Below are positions 8,608-17,860 of a stretch of 34,531 bases of DNA, piece by piece. The translations under genes were made by a program, and so were the position numbers. How positions within the stretch are numbered: the first letter of the stretch is position 1; each line of letters begins with the position of its first letter. Source of the stretch: Calditrichota bacterium (GTDB lineage Bacteria; Zhuqueibacterota; Zhuqueibacteria; Residuimicrobiales; Krinioviventaceae); assembly GCA_003818595.1 (NCBI GenBank), contig RPQV01000004.1, positions 1 to 34,531 on the forward strand. Reading direction: 5' to 3'. The notes below the pieces were generated by a model. That model was not told where the DNA came from and searched no databases. It saw only the letters and a program-made list of their open reading frames with translations.

Positions 8608-10217
8608 TGCAGACTTTTCCCAAGTATCCGGAACCGCTGATTTCTATTTGTCCTTCCACGGAACAGGAATTAGGACGTATCGATTCGATGAAACAGAGCG
8701 ATATTGACCTTGCTTTAGCAAATGCCCGAAACAGTTTGGACGCATGGTCACGAACCGATATAAAAAAACGGCAAAAAATGATGAGCTCCCTGCTTCAGGC
8801 TGTTCTGGCCGAGAAAGAGTCTATCGCTGAGCTTATCGCCAGGGAACAGGGTAAGCCCGTCGTTGAAGCCATGATGTCTGAAGTTTTCGCAGCGTTGGGA
8901 ATTCTAAAAGATTTAGGTCGTAATGCGCGCCGCTATTTAAAACCCGTCAAAATGAATCATGAGCAATTGCTGTTTGCTCATAAAAAAGGGTATTATCGAT
9001 TTGAGCCTCATGGAGTGATAGTCGTCATATCTCCTTGGAATTATCCGTTCTCAGTGCCCTTCCCCGAGATTGCAGCAGCGTTGGTCAGCGGAAATACAGT
9101 TGTATTCAAGCCGGCGCCTGCTGCTGTGTTTATCGGCAAAAAAATAGACGAACTTTTCAAAGCAGCTGATTTTCCTGTTGGGGTTCTCAATACCATTTTT
9201 ATTCATGATATTGATGCCCCTTACCTGACCAGCCATAAAGCAGTTGATAAAATCATTTTCACGGGGAGCACTCCAGTAGGCAGCGCTGTCATGTGTTCCG
9301 CTTCCAAGCAGATCACTCCCATCGTTCTTGAATTGGGTGGTAAAGATCCTGCGATCATCTCAGCCGATGCCAACCTGGACCATGCAGCGCATGGCGTCGT
9401 CTGGGGTTCGTTATTCAATGCCGGACAAGTTTGCGCCTCGATTGAAAGAGTTTATGTTGAACGTTCCATTGCAGATCAATTTATAGCAAAGTGCCTTCAG
9501 GAGATCAAAACCCTGGTCGTCGGCGATCCTCTGGACCCCACAACTCAAGTTGGTCCGATGAGCACTCTGGCACAACTCGTAAAAGTGCAGGCTCAAATCG
9601 ATGATGCCGTCAAACGCGGCGCCAGGCTGTTATGCGGAGGCAGACGACTTGACCGTTGCGGTTATTATATGCCGCCAACTCTGCTATCCAATGTCGACCA
9701 TTCAATGAGCATTATGACTGAAGAAACCTTTGGTCCGGTCATCCCCATCATGACGGTCGATTCTCTTGACGATGCCATACATCTTGCCAATGATTCTATG
9801 TATGGACTTTCGGCATATCTCTGGACCACCAGCAAGAAAACCGCCGCCCGGTTTGCTGCCGAGTTAAAAGTCGGAACCGTAATGATCAATGACGGCACGT
9901 CCAGCTGGGGTGAACCCAATGCGCCTTGGGGCGGGACCAAAAAGAGCGGAATCGGGCGTACAAGATCGCGATTTGGCCTTCAGGAATTGGTTCAGGTTAA
10001 ATTTGTCAGTCTGGATTGGAGTCGTAAAAAGCGCAATTTATGGTGGTATCCATATGATCTGGCGTTAGTAAAATTCGCCTACCACGCCGCTGAAGCCCTG
10101 TATTCGACAAAAACTCTAACTAAAATGCTTCATCTGTTGCGAGTCTTGCGCAGCAAAAGATTTCTCAAATCAGTCAATATGGCCGTCATAATCAGAAACC
10201 TCAACAAGCTTTTTTGA
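8607..10217 (+). CDS. NAD(P)-dependent aldehyde dehydrogenase with C-terminal extension
   Basis: ISPWNYP, FTGS, LELGGKD, GQVCAS (catalytic Cys), EETFGP, PWGGTKKSGIGR. TAATG coupling to the upstream gene. Confidence 0.95.
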   Translation: MQTFPKYPEPLISICPSTEQELGRIDSMKQSDIDLALANARNSLDAWSRTDIKKRQKMMSSLLQAVLAEKESIAELIAREQGKPVVEAMMSEVFAALGILKDLGRNARRYLKPVKMNHEQLLFAHKKGYYRFEPHGVIVVISPWNYPFSVPFPEIAAALVSGNTVVFKPAPAAVFIGKKIDELFKAADFPVGVLNTIFIHDIDAPYLTSHKAVDKIIFTGSTPVGSAVMCSASKQITPIVLELGGKDPAIISADANLDHAAHGVVWGSLFNAGQVCASIERVYVERSIADQFIAKCLQEIKTLVVGDPLDPTTQVGPMSTLAQLVKVQAQIDDAVKRGARLLCGGRRLDRCGYYMPPTLLSNVDHSMSIMTEETFGPVIPIMTVDSLDDAIHLANDSMYGLSAYLWTTSKKTAARFAAELKVGTVMINDGTSSWGEPNAPWGGTKKSGIGRTRSRFGLQELVQVKFVSLDWSRKKRNLWWYPYDLALVKFAYHAAEALYSTKTLTKMLHLLRVLRSKRFLKSVNMAVIIRNLNKLF

Positions 10218-11032
10218 TGCAGATATCAGTCATCATCCCAACGTTTAACCGCATTGACCTGGTCTGTGAAGCGATTAAATCTGTTCTCAATCAGAAATAT
10301 CCCGTCGATGATATTTTGGTCATTGATGACGGTTCAACCGACGGAACAGTCGACAGGCTTGTTCATTTCAGCTCTGCGATCCGCGTATTCACCCAAAAAA
10401 ATCTAGGCGTCTCGAAAGCCAGAAACAGGGGAATTTCCCTGGCAAAGCATGATTGGTTGGCATTTTTAGATTCTGATGATCTGTGGAAACCCGCAAAGTT
10501 GACCCGACAAAAACAGGCATTGCTCGAAAACCCTGACATGCGCTTTTGCTATACCAATGAAGAGTGGCGAAAAAACGGCTTGTGGATGAATCAAAAAAAA
10601 AGGCACCAAAAACGTTCAGGCTGGATTTATGAGGAGTGTCTCCCGCTCTGCATCATCAGCCCCTCATCAGCATTAATTCATCGAAGCGTATTCGATCAAG
10701 TTGGTGTTTTTAATCCCAACTTGCCCGCCTGCGAAGATTATGAGTTATGGCTGAGAATCTGTTCGCGCATGCCTGTGCTCTATCTTGACGAAAAACTGAT
10801 CATCAAGCGTGCAGGAGATTGGGATCAACTGTCACAGCAGCACAGCCTGGATAAATTTCGTATCATTTCACTCAGAGAAAGATTGTTATCGGGCGAGCTG
10901 TCGCTGATTCAGCAGGAAGCAACGGCTGCTATGTTCCGCCATAAAATTCAGATATACAAGTTAGGCTGTATTAAACATCGACGAGAGGATGAACTGCAGT
11001 GGCTGCAAAGCATTATGGACGGCATCAGCTGA
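10217..11032 (+). CDS. Glycosyltransferase family 2 (GT-A)
   Basis: SVIIPTFNR, VIDDGSTD, GVSKARN, AFLDSDD, CEDYELW. TGATG overlap with the ALDH. Confidence 0.93.
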   Translation: MQISVIIPTFNRIDLVCEAIKSVLNQKYPVDDILVIDDGSTDGTVDRLVHFSSAIRVFTQKNLGVSKARNRGISLAKHDWLAFLDSDDLWKPAKLTRQKQALLENPDMRFCYTNEEWRKNGLWMNQKKRHQKRSGWIYEECLPLCIISPSSALIHRSVFDQVGVFNPNLPACEDYELWLRICSRMPVLYLDEKLIIKRAGDWDQLSQQHSLDKFRIISLRERLLSGELSLIQQEATAAMFRHKIQIYKLGCIKHRREDELQWLQSIMDGIS

Positions 11033-11130
11033 AGTATCATGACCGCAGTTGATGGATGATTTCATTTTGATACGAATATTGATTAGGTCGTTTCGGCAGG
11101 ACAGCATAAAGTACACAGGAGGTGTCAATC

Positions 11131-12039
11131 ATGAGAATAGGCTTTATTGGCTTGGGCATCATGGGCAAGCCAATGTGTTTGAATCTGTTGAAGGCAGGTT
11201 TTTCAGTGACCGTATGGAACAGAACAAAATCTAAAACAAACGACCTCGTCAAAAACGGCGCCTCCCTCGCCATTTCTCCTCGTCAAGTTGCTGAAAAAAG
11301 CGAAATCATCATCACGATCGTCAAAGACAGCGCCGATGTCGAAGAGGTAATTCTCGGTCGTGACGGGGTGTTTGAAGGCGGCAAAGCGGGTGATATCGTC
11401 ATCGATATGAGTACGATCTCTCCTTTTATAACCCAACGGATCGCAGCGAAACTGCTGGAAAAGGGGATAGAAATGTTGGACGCACCGGTGAGCGGAGGAG
11501 ACAGCGGAGCGATTGCCGGAACACTTTCGATCATGGTTGGCGGCAAAGCCGAAACATTGGCCCGTTGCCTATCGGTGTTCAATGTTCTGGGTAAAACCAT
11601 CACTCACGTTGGATCGATTGGCATGGGACAGTCAGTAAAACTCTGCAATCAAATATTGGTTTCAGTAACCAATATGGCGGTTTGTGAAGCGGTGACCTTC
11701 TGCCAGGCTTCAGGCATCGATCCGCAAATAATGATTCAAGCGACGCAAAATGGAGCGGCCGGTTCATGGCAGTTGATCAATTTGGGACCAAAAATGGTTC
11801 GCCGTGATTTTTATCCAGGATTCATGATTGATCTGCAGCAAAAAGATCTGCGACTGGCGACCGAATCAGCTCAAGCCCTGAATCTTAAACTGCCTGCCTT
11901 GTCGCTTGTCAAGGAGCTGTTTGCCAATTGCGTGGAAAATGGTGAAGGGAAAGAGGGCTCTCAGGCGCTTATAAAAGCTCTTGAAAGAATCAATGGTTCA
12001 TCGACATTATCATCAAAGAAATTTTCCTTGACTTTTTAG
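11131..12039 (+). CDS. Beta-hydroxyacid dehydrogenase (3-hydroxyisobutyrate dehydrogenase / tartronate semialdehyde reductase family)
   Basis: IGFIGLGIMG, DMSTISP, LDAPVSGG, VKLCNQ, KDL. AGGAGG RBS before ATG 11131. Confidence 0.93.
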   Translation: MRIGFIGLGIMGKPMCLNLLKAGFSVTVWNRTKSKTNDLVKNGASLAISPRQVAEKSEIIITIVKDSADVEEVILGRDGVFEGGKAGDIVIDMSTISPFITQRIAAKLLEKGIEMLDAPVSGGDSGAIAGTLSIMVGGKAETLARCLSVFNVLGKTITHVGSIGMGQSVKLCNQILVSVTNMAVCEAVTFCQASGIDPQIMIQATQNGAAGSWQLINLGPKMVRRDFYPGFMIDLQQKDLRLATESAQALNLKLPALSLVKELFANCVENGEGKEGSQALIKALERINGSSTLSSKKFSLTF

Positions 12040-12056
12040 CATAAATATTTTAAGCT
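12028..12056 (+). promoter_or_regulatory. sigma70-type promoter for the lipoprotein gene
   Basis: TTGACT-N17-TAAGCT. Confidence 0.55.
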
Positions 12057-12104
12057 AACGGCAGAGAATGAACAATACCATTATAAATTCATAGGGAGAA
12101 GGCT

Positions 12105-13862
12105 ATGCGTATTAAATCACTATTCATTTTTGTCATCCTTGCATCACTATTTACGTTTTGCAGCAAAAAGGATGACACTGTTATCACTCCAACTCCTACC
12201 AATGGCAATGGCGACACCGAAGCAACGGCTTTCACGTTAAAGCTGCACAAGATTCATCCTCAATTGCCGAACTCAGTAGTCTCATTGCTGCAGGTAACTG
12301 ATTTGGACAACAAAGGGGTCAATTTTCTCTTGGCTGACCGTTTTTTAATTTTTGAAAACAATGTCAAAGTTGATCCGGTCAAAGCGAATGTATTTTTGAT
12401 GAAAAAGAACGACCTCAACTACACCGCAAAAACAAAGCTCATGATTGATATTAATGCCGGGACGAATTTGGCGGTGCTCAAAAAAGGCGCTATCGAGTTT
12501 ATCAAGAAAATTGATTTCCAACAAGAAATCGCCCTTTATACCTTGGCGGACACCTATGCAAAAATAGTTGATTTTACTCGCGACACGGATGTCTTGATTG
12601 CCGCTGTTGAAGCTCTGCAGGAAGGTAATGCGGGCATGGATCTCTATGGCTCCATCATCAAAGCAAATGGAGAGGAGAAAGAAGAGTACACAGTCGATAA
12701 TATCCAACAGAATTCCGTCGTCATTTTCACTGACAGCAACGATGATAAAGGCTCTCACCCCATTGAATTTGTCCATGCAGCCAACATGAGTCGTCAAATT
12801 TATGTCATCGGATTAGGTAGTTCTCTAAATGCAAGCGCACTCGGCCAAATCGGCACAAAATCCTTTTATCAGGCAACCGATGAAGCGACACTCATTCAAT
12901 ATGCTGACAAGGTTCAGACCAACCTGCTCAAGTATGCCAATAGCTTTTATTGGCTCAGTTATTTCAGTGCGGAACGCGGCGGCGCTTCTGAAGAAATCAA
13001 AATTTCCATTGCCGGCAATACGTATTCAGGCGCCGGATCAGAGGTCTTCACGACATTTGAGAGCACATCTTTTGTAGATGTGGAAAATGGTCTTTATGTG
13101 AATTGGTCCTACTCCAATCCGACGGGCGTCGATCTGGTGATGGTGATGCTGAACAAGAGCCGTACCATTCAGGTGATGTCCATGGGAGGGGCAAAAATAC
13201 CTGTCTTCAACTATAGTGTCTCTGATCCCGCTGTCGCGACTGTCGCCGGTGGCGCCGGAGGAAGGTTATCCATTTATGCCAAAGGCAGCGATGGACAAGA
13301 ATGCAAATTGATCATCAAAGATACTGCCAACGGATTGACGAAAGAGATAACCATCCGCGTCGTCAGTTTTCAGATGGGCGTCGTCCTTTACGAGTGGTGG
13401 GAAAATATCAGCGGAACTGCGATTGGTGATCTGACGAAAAATCCTCGTTATCCTGATAATCCGACAGGAACCAAAGAATTGACAAAATGGGAAATCGACG
13501 TCGATAAAATGGATAATTATGGAACGCGAATGCGAGGATTCCTGCATCCGCCGAGCACGGGAAAATACACTTTTTGGATTTCCAGTGATGACTTGTCGGA
13601 ATTATGGTTGAGTACGGATGATAAGCCTGAGAATAAAGTGCAGATTTGCAAAGTTGCCTCGTGGACGGGTTCTCGCGAATGGACTAAAGAGACCAACCAA
13701 CAGTCAAAAGCCATCACCCTGGAAGCAGGGAAACACTATTACATGGAAACGCTTCACAAGGAAGGCACGGGTGGTGACAACTTGGCCGTTGCCTGGCAGG
13801 GTGAAGGCGGCAAACGAGAAGTAATTGGTGGAGACTATTTGTCGCTCTGGATTGGAAATTGA
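12105..13862 (+). CDS. Putative lipoprotein with VWA-like, Ig-like and C-terminal PA14 domains
   Basis: Signal peptide ending LFTF-C-SKK and a Thr/Pro linker. VWA-like core (LMID..., IALYT, DLYGSI, VVIFTD, IYVIGLG). YSVSDPAVATV is Big-like. PA14 motifs: YGTRMRGFLHPPSTGKYTFWISSDD, LEAGKHY, HKEGTGGDNLAVAW. Confidence 0.8.
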   Translation: MRIKSLFIFVILASLFTFCSKKDDTVITPTPTNGNGDTEATAFTLKLHKIHPQLPNSVVSLLQVTDLDNKGVNFLLADRFLIFENNVKVDPVKANVFLMKKNDLNYTAKTKLMIDINAGTNLAVLKKGAIEFIKKIDFQQEIALYTLADTYAKIVDFTRDTDVLIAAVEALQEGNAGMDLYGSIIKANGEEKEEYTVDNIQQNSVVIFTDSNDDKGSHPIEFVHAANMSRQIYVIGLGSSLNASALGQIGTKSFYQATDEATLIQYADKVQTNLLKYANSFYWLSYFSAERGGASEEIKISIAGNTYSGAGSEVFTTFESTSFVDVENGLYVNWSYSNPTGVDLVMVMLNKSRTIQVMSMGGAKIPVFNYSVSDPAVATVAGGAGGRLSIYAKGSDGQECKLIIKDTANGLTKEITIRVVSFQMGVVLYEWWENISGTAIGDLTKNPRYPDNPTGTKELTKWEIDVDKMDNYGTRMRGFLHPPSTGKYTFWISSDDLSELWLSTDDKPENKVQICKVASWTGSREWTKETNQQSKAITLEAGKHYYMETLHKEGTGGDNLAVAWQGEGGKREVIGGDYLSLWIGN

Positions 13863-13886
13863 TTAAAGACTGATCAAGGTTCTATC

Positions 13887-13931
13887 AAAAATAAAGCCCG
13901 AATGATTTTTCATCTCGGGCTTTATTTTTTT
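13887..13931. terminator. Bidirectional intrinsic terminator between convergent genes
   Basis: AAAAATAAAGCCCGA...TCGGGCTTTATTTTTTT inverted repeat flanked by A and T tracts. Confidence 0.88.
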
Positions 13932-14017
13932 GTTGGGGAGAGGAGTTCAATGATCATATCAAGATCATGACTCAAACCCTTGAAATTCCGCTAAAACTTA
14001 AAGCTGAATTAAATACT

Positions 14018-15469
14018 CTATGCATAACTTGCCAGCATTTTCAGGACATGCAGATAAAAAACATTTACCGAACCAATATGCACCCGTTCATCCGGTGAAT
14101 GGGGATGCTGCAGCGTGGGGCCAATTGAGATCATATCCATTCCGGGGAATTTTTCACCGATGAGACCGCATTCAAGGCCTGCATGAATAGCTTCATACTT
14201 TGCCGGTTGGCCGGTCGTCTGTTGGTAAGTGTCCAATGCAACTTTCAATACTCGCGAATCAACATTCGGCATCCATCCCGGGTATCCATTAGGTTGAACA
14301 GCCTCAGCTCCTGCCAATTCCGCAATCGCCAACAACTTGTCAGTCGTCGCTGCAAGCGCCTGCATATTGGAACTCCGGCTGCTGCAGAGAATATGAATGC
14401 TCTGCTCCTCGCTGTGTATGGCGGCAACGTTATTAGACGTTTCAACCATATTCGGCATCGTACGACTCATGGCCAGAGTTCCATGAGGTAACGCAAACAG
14501 CAATGAAAATAGAGTCTTGGCCGATTTGACAGTCATTACCAATGGCGGCAGGGTACGGCTTTCTTCGACTGCCAGCTTGATGTCCGGTTCAACGGGAGAA
14601 AATTCCCGACGCATTTCGGCGATTTTTTCTGACAACCACTTTTTCACCTTATTCAGCTCAACAGCAGGAATCGTCAGGTGAGCAAATGCTTCTCGTGGGA
14701 TGGCGTTATGTTTATCACCGCCGTCCATCCCCGCCAGTTCAAAGGGTGTCTGAGCATATAACTGATACAATAATCTGTTCAATATTTTAACAGCGTTCCC
14801 TCGACCTTTGTGTATGTCGATGCCGGAATGCCCGCCTCGTAGTCCCGAAAGATGAATTTTGAGGAAAAGATCATGACGAGGTTTTACTCTTTCAACAGAC
14901 AGGATCATATTCGTATCCCGACCACCGGCGCATCCGATTGAAAAGATGCCGAGATCTTCACTATCGAGATTGATGAGAGTCCGTCCATGAATATGATCAG
15001 GCGACAATGTTTTTGCGCCGTTCAAGCCTCGTTCCTCGTCGACCGTGAATACCCCCTCCAATGGACCATGAACCAGGGACTCGTCTTCAAATATGGCGAG
15101 AATAGCTGCAACCCCAATTCCGTTATCAGCGCCGAGGGTGGTGCCATTGGCGGTCAACCAGTCATCCTCCTTTATCAGCTCAATAGCATCATGATTGAAA
15201 TCAAACGCTTTATCTGTATTTTTTTCGCACACCATATCGAGGTGGCTTTGGAGAACGATGGTCTCGGATTTTTCACGACCGCGACTTGCAGGTTTATATA
15301 TAACCACATTACCCGTTGCATCCACATGATGCTTTAGTCCCAATCTTTGAGCAAAAGAAACACAATAAGCCGCTGCTGCTGTTTCATTTCCTGATGCTCT
15401 GGGGATTTTGGATAAAGCTTCAAAATGACGCCACAGCAGTTTTGGCTCTAAATCTTTCAAAACAGACAT
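14018..15469 (-). CDS. pepD: Aminoacyl-histidine dipeptidase (M20C)
   Basis: LQSHLDMVCEK, TTLGADNGIG, TVDEERG, NLDSED, GGHSG, IHAGLECG, HSPDE. Confidence 0.96.
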   Translation of the reverse strand: MSVLKDLEPKLLWRHFEALSKIPRASGNETAAAAYCVSFAQRLGLKHHVDATGNVVIYKPASRGREKSETIVLQSHLDMVCEKNTDKAFDFNHDAIELIKEDDWLTANGTTLGADNGIGVAAILAIFEDESLVHGPLEGVFTVDEERGLNGAKTLSPDHIHGRTLINLDSEDLGIFSIGCAGGRDTNMILSVERVKPRHDLFLKIHLSGLRGGHSGIDIHKGRGNAVKILNRLLYQLYAQTPFELAGMDGGDKHNAIPREAFAHLTIPAVELNKVKKWLSEKIAEMRREFSPVEPDIKLAVEESRTLPPLVMTVKSAKTLFSLLFALPHGTLAMSRTMPNMVETSNNVAAIHSEEQSIHILCSSRSSNMQALAATTDKLLAIAELAGAEAVQPNGYPGWMPNVDSRVLKVALDTYQQTTGQPAKYEAIHAGLECGLIGEKFPGMDMISIGPTLQHPHSPDERVHIGSVNVFYLHVLKMLASYA

Positions 15470-15593
15470 GGATACCTCCTTGAAGAATTATTCATTCACG
15501 ACAAAATGATTCCTATTTATCTTCCGGATCATCCGGATTGATGACAAAGAAACAAGATATACGATTTGTTTATTCAACCAACTGTAGCTTTTT

Positions 15594-15622
15594 AATATAC
15601 AAAGATGCAAAATGAATTACAA
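15594..15622 (-). promoter_or_regulatory. Candidate sigma70 promoter for pepD
   Basis: Minus strand TTGTAA-N17-TATATT. Confidence 0.5.
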
Positions 15623-15781
15623 GCGGCATTCATAAGGAGAGAAAAAGCACGGATATGATTAAAATTTATTTTGATTATATCCCAAAGGCAGTAACGGAGG
15701 AGACTCACCATGAATGATAAGCAGATGAGTTTTTACAGCAGTTGAAGAGGATTTTTTGAAGAAATATTCCATACAAACTTT

Positions 15782-16576
15782 TTAATTTTCTTCTAAAGAA
15801 ATGTTGCCGTTGATGGTTTCAAGCTTGAGCGTGGGGCCGCCGCGATTAATTCTACCATAAATATTTTTTGGTCCCCATTCACCGCGAAATTCCAAAGGAA
15901 AATCAGTTTGTATAACTCCGTTAATGGTCGAAATATCGACATTCACATCAATCTCTGTCGGCATGTCCATGCGAATATTTCCATTGGTGGTGTGAAAATG
16001 CATGTCGTTTTCAGGTTCATCATTGTCTAATTCGATTTTGATGTCTCCATTTGTCGTTTCAGCATTTATCTCGCCATGGATATCTTCAGCGTTTATCTTG
16101 CCATTCATCGTTGTTAAAAACGCAGAACCGTTGAGACCAATGGCTTCGACGGTTCCGTTCACCGCAGATGCACTCACATCCATTCCTTCAGGCACCTGGA
16201 TTTCGATATTGACCGTCAGCGTCGATCTCTCTGAACTGAACATCCAATCGAAGAAACTGTCCCCTCTTCTGCCGGGCTGGTCCACTCTGATAAACAACTG
16301 TGAACCTTTCTGCTTTACCATAATCTTGACATTATCAGCAAGCTCTCGCGCCGCCTGTTTACTCATCGAACGGACTTCAATTTCAGCGTCTACATAGACC
16401 TCATCATCATCACTTTCCTCGATGTAAATCGAGCCATTAGCGACCTCAATATTTACCTTATCCCCGCCAAAATCATAGCTCTCGGAAAATTCCCGTGTGA
16501 TCGTACCGCAAAGACCAACTGAATTAATTAACAAACCCGAAAAACAGGCGAGTTCTATCAGATTCAATTTTTTCAT
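15782..16576 (-). CDS. DUF4097 / putative-adhesin beta-strand repeat protein (YvlB-like), probably exported
   Basis: Repeated T-x-NG-x-I units (VNGTV, TMNGKI, TTNGDI, TTNGNI, TINGVI, TINGNI) and an N-terminal signal-like segment. An in-frame ATG 6 nt upstream is an alternative start. Confidence 0.85.
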   Translation of the reverse strand: MKKLNLIELACFSGLLINSVGLCGTITREFSESYDFGGDKVNIEVANGSIYIEESDDDEVYVDAEIEVRSMSKQAARELADNVKIMVKQKGSQLFIRVDQPGRRGDSFFDWMFSSERSTLTVNIEIQVPEGMDVSASAVNGTVEAIGLNGSAFLTTMNGKINAEDIHGEINAETTNGDIKIELDNDEPENDMHFHTTNGNIRMDMPTEIDVNVDISTINGVIQTDFPLEFRGEWGPKNIYGRINRGGPTLKLETINGNISLEEN

Positions 16577-16617
16577 TTCTCATTTCTCCTGATGACCGCA
16601 TTCAATTGGCAAACTTT

Positions 16618-16645
16618 ATTACGTGATAATTTCATGCAAGTTTCA
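16618..16645 (-). promoter_or_regulatory. ECF-sigma (sigmaW-like) promoter for the DUF4097 gene
   Basis: Minus strand TGAAAC-N16-CGTAAT, identical to the B. subtilis sigmaW consensus TGAAAC-N16-CGTA. Confidence 0.7.
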
Positions 16646-16733
16646 TATTATGCTTCAATTTGTGCCGAAGATCATTAGAATTGATCCCTGGACATGAATA
16701 GAGGTTCATGGAATTTATTCAGCGACTTAACTG

Positions 16734-16762
16734 TTGACATAAATTCTATTAATTACTACATT
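16734..16762 (+). promoter_or_regulatory. sigma70-type promoter for the polyprenyl synthase operon
   Basis: TTGACA-N17-TACATT. Confidence 0.65.
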
Positions 16763-16819
16763 ATAAAAATCAGTAGCTTAATCGTTGTACAAATACAATA
16801 GTCGTCCGAAGGCATTTTT

Positions 16820-17794
16820 GTGGATATCGTAGAGATTGCAGCGCCGGTAAAAGAGTACTTTAACAATTTCGAATTTGAATTTGAGCGAAAGTTCAAGTCA
16901 AACATTCCTCTTGCTGACCAAGTCATACAATATATTGCAGAGAAAAAAGGGAAACGTCTTCGGCCATTGCTCGTTTTTTTAAGCGCCGCCCTGCACGGGA
17001 AGCTGACATCAAAGACCATGAGTGCAGGAATTGTCGTCGAAATGTTTCACACTGCCACCTTGGTACATGACGATGTCGTCGATGAATCCAATTTACGACG
17101 TGGGGCGCGAACCGTCAATGATATTTGGGACAACAAAATCTCCATCCTCATCGGTGATTTACTCTTCTCAAAAACTTTATCGAGTATTGTTGATCTGCAG
17201 GACAGCCATGCTGTTGCTATATTATCCTCTGCGGCCGAACAGATAACGGAAGGTGAACTGCTGCAAATAGCATTCACAGGTGCTCCGACTCTGAAGGAAA
17301 TTGATTATTTTGATTTGATCTCAAAAAAAACGGCAGCCTTGTTCGCGGCATCCTGCCAGTTAGGCGCTCTAACTGTTGGAACCAACGGGGAGGCGCTGCA
17401 GTATATGGAAAAATTCGGCGGAAACTATGGAATCGCCTTTCAAATAATGGATGATCTGCTCGACTACCAGGGCGACAGTAAAAATCTGGGAAAACCAACT
17501 GGCAATGACTTGCGTGCCGGCAAAGTTACCCTCCCCCTGATCAGGGCACTTGAAACAGCCGAAGAAGACCAACGCCGACCAATCCTGCAGCTATTGCAGG
17601 ACGGCGTACAATCAGACGAGCAAATCAAACAGATCATTGGTTTTGCCATCGATCGAGGTGGAATCGAATACGCCAAAACGCTCATTCACCATCATACTCA
17701 ATTGGCACTGGGCGCCTTGGCTCACTATCCGGACTCTACTGTGAAAAAAAGTTTATTTGAACTGGTTAAGCACTCGGTTCACAGGGATAAATAA
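16820..17794 (+). CDS. Long-chain polyprenyl diphosphate synthase (IspB/HepT-like)
   Basis: GKRLRP, ATLVHDDVVD (FARM), LIGD, KTAALF, FQIMDDLLD (SARM), GKVTLP. GTG start. Confidence 0.95.
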   Translation: MDIVEIAAPVKEYFNNFEFEFERKFKSNIPLADQVIQYIAEKKGKRLRPLLVFLSAALHGKLTSKTMSAGIVVEMFHTATLVHDDVVDESNLRRGARTVNDIWDNKISILIGDLLFSKTLSSIVDLQDSHAVAILSSAAEQITEGELLQIAFTGAPTLKEIDYFDLISKKTAALFAASCQLGALTVGTNGEALQYMEKFGGNYGIAFQIMDDLLDYQGDSKNLGKPTGNDLRAGKVTLPLIRALETAEEDQRRPILQLLQDGVQSDEQIKQIIGFAIDRGGIEYAKTLIHHHTQLALGALAHYPDSTVKKSLFELVKHSVHRDK

Positions 17795-17860
17795 TCAACC
17801 CCTTTCAGGCCGCACACTGTACCCACAACAATGATGCATCAACATTCTAGAGGAGTAAAT

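Noticed and set aside
13940-13970. AGGAG RBS plus a 6-codon ORF, and an ATGATC-N7-GATCAT repeat
   Set aside because: It lies after a strong terminator between convergent genes, is too short, and is probably chance.
15743-15796. Possible selenocysteine read-through of the TGA in the micro-ORF
   Set aside because: No SECIS-like hairpin downstream and no redox-motif context.
16634-16668. sigma54-like fragments (CGGCAC, AAACTTGCA) upstream of the DUF4097 gene
   Set aside because: The -24 GG and -12 GC are not at the required spacing. The ECF motif fits better.
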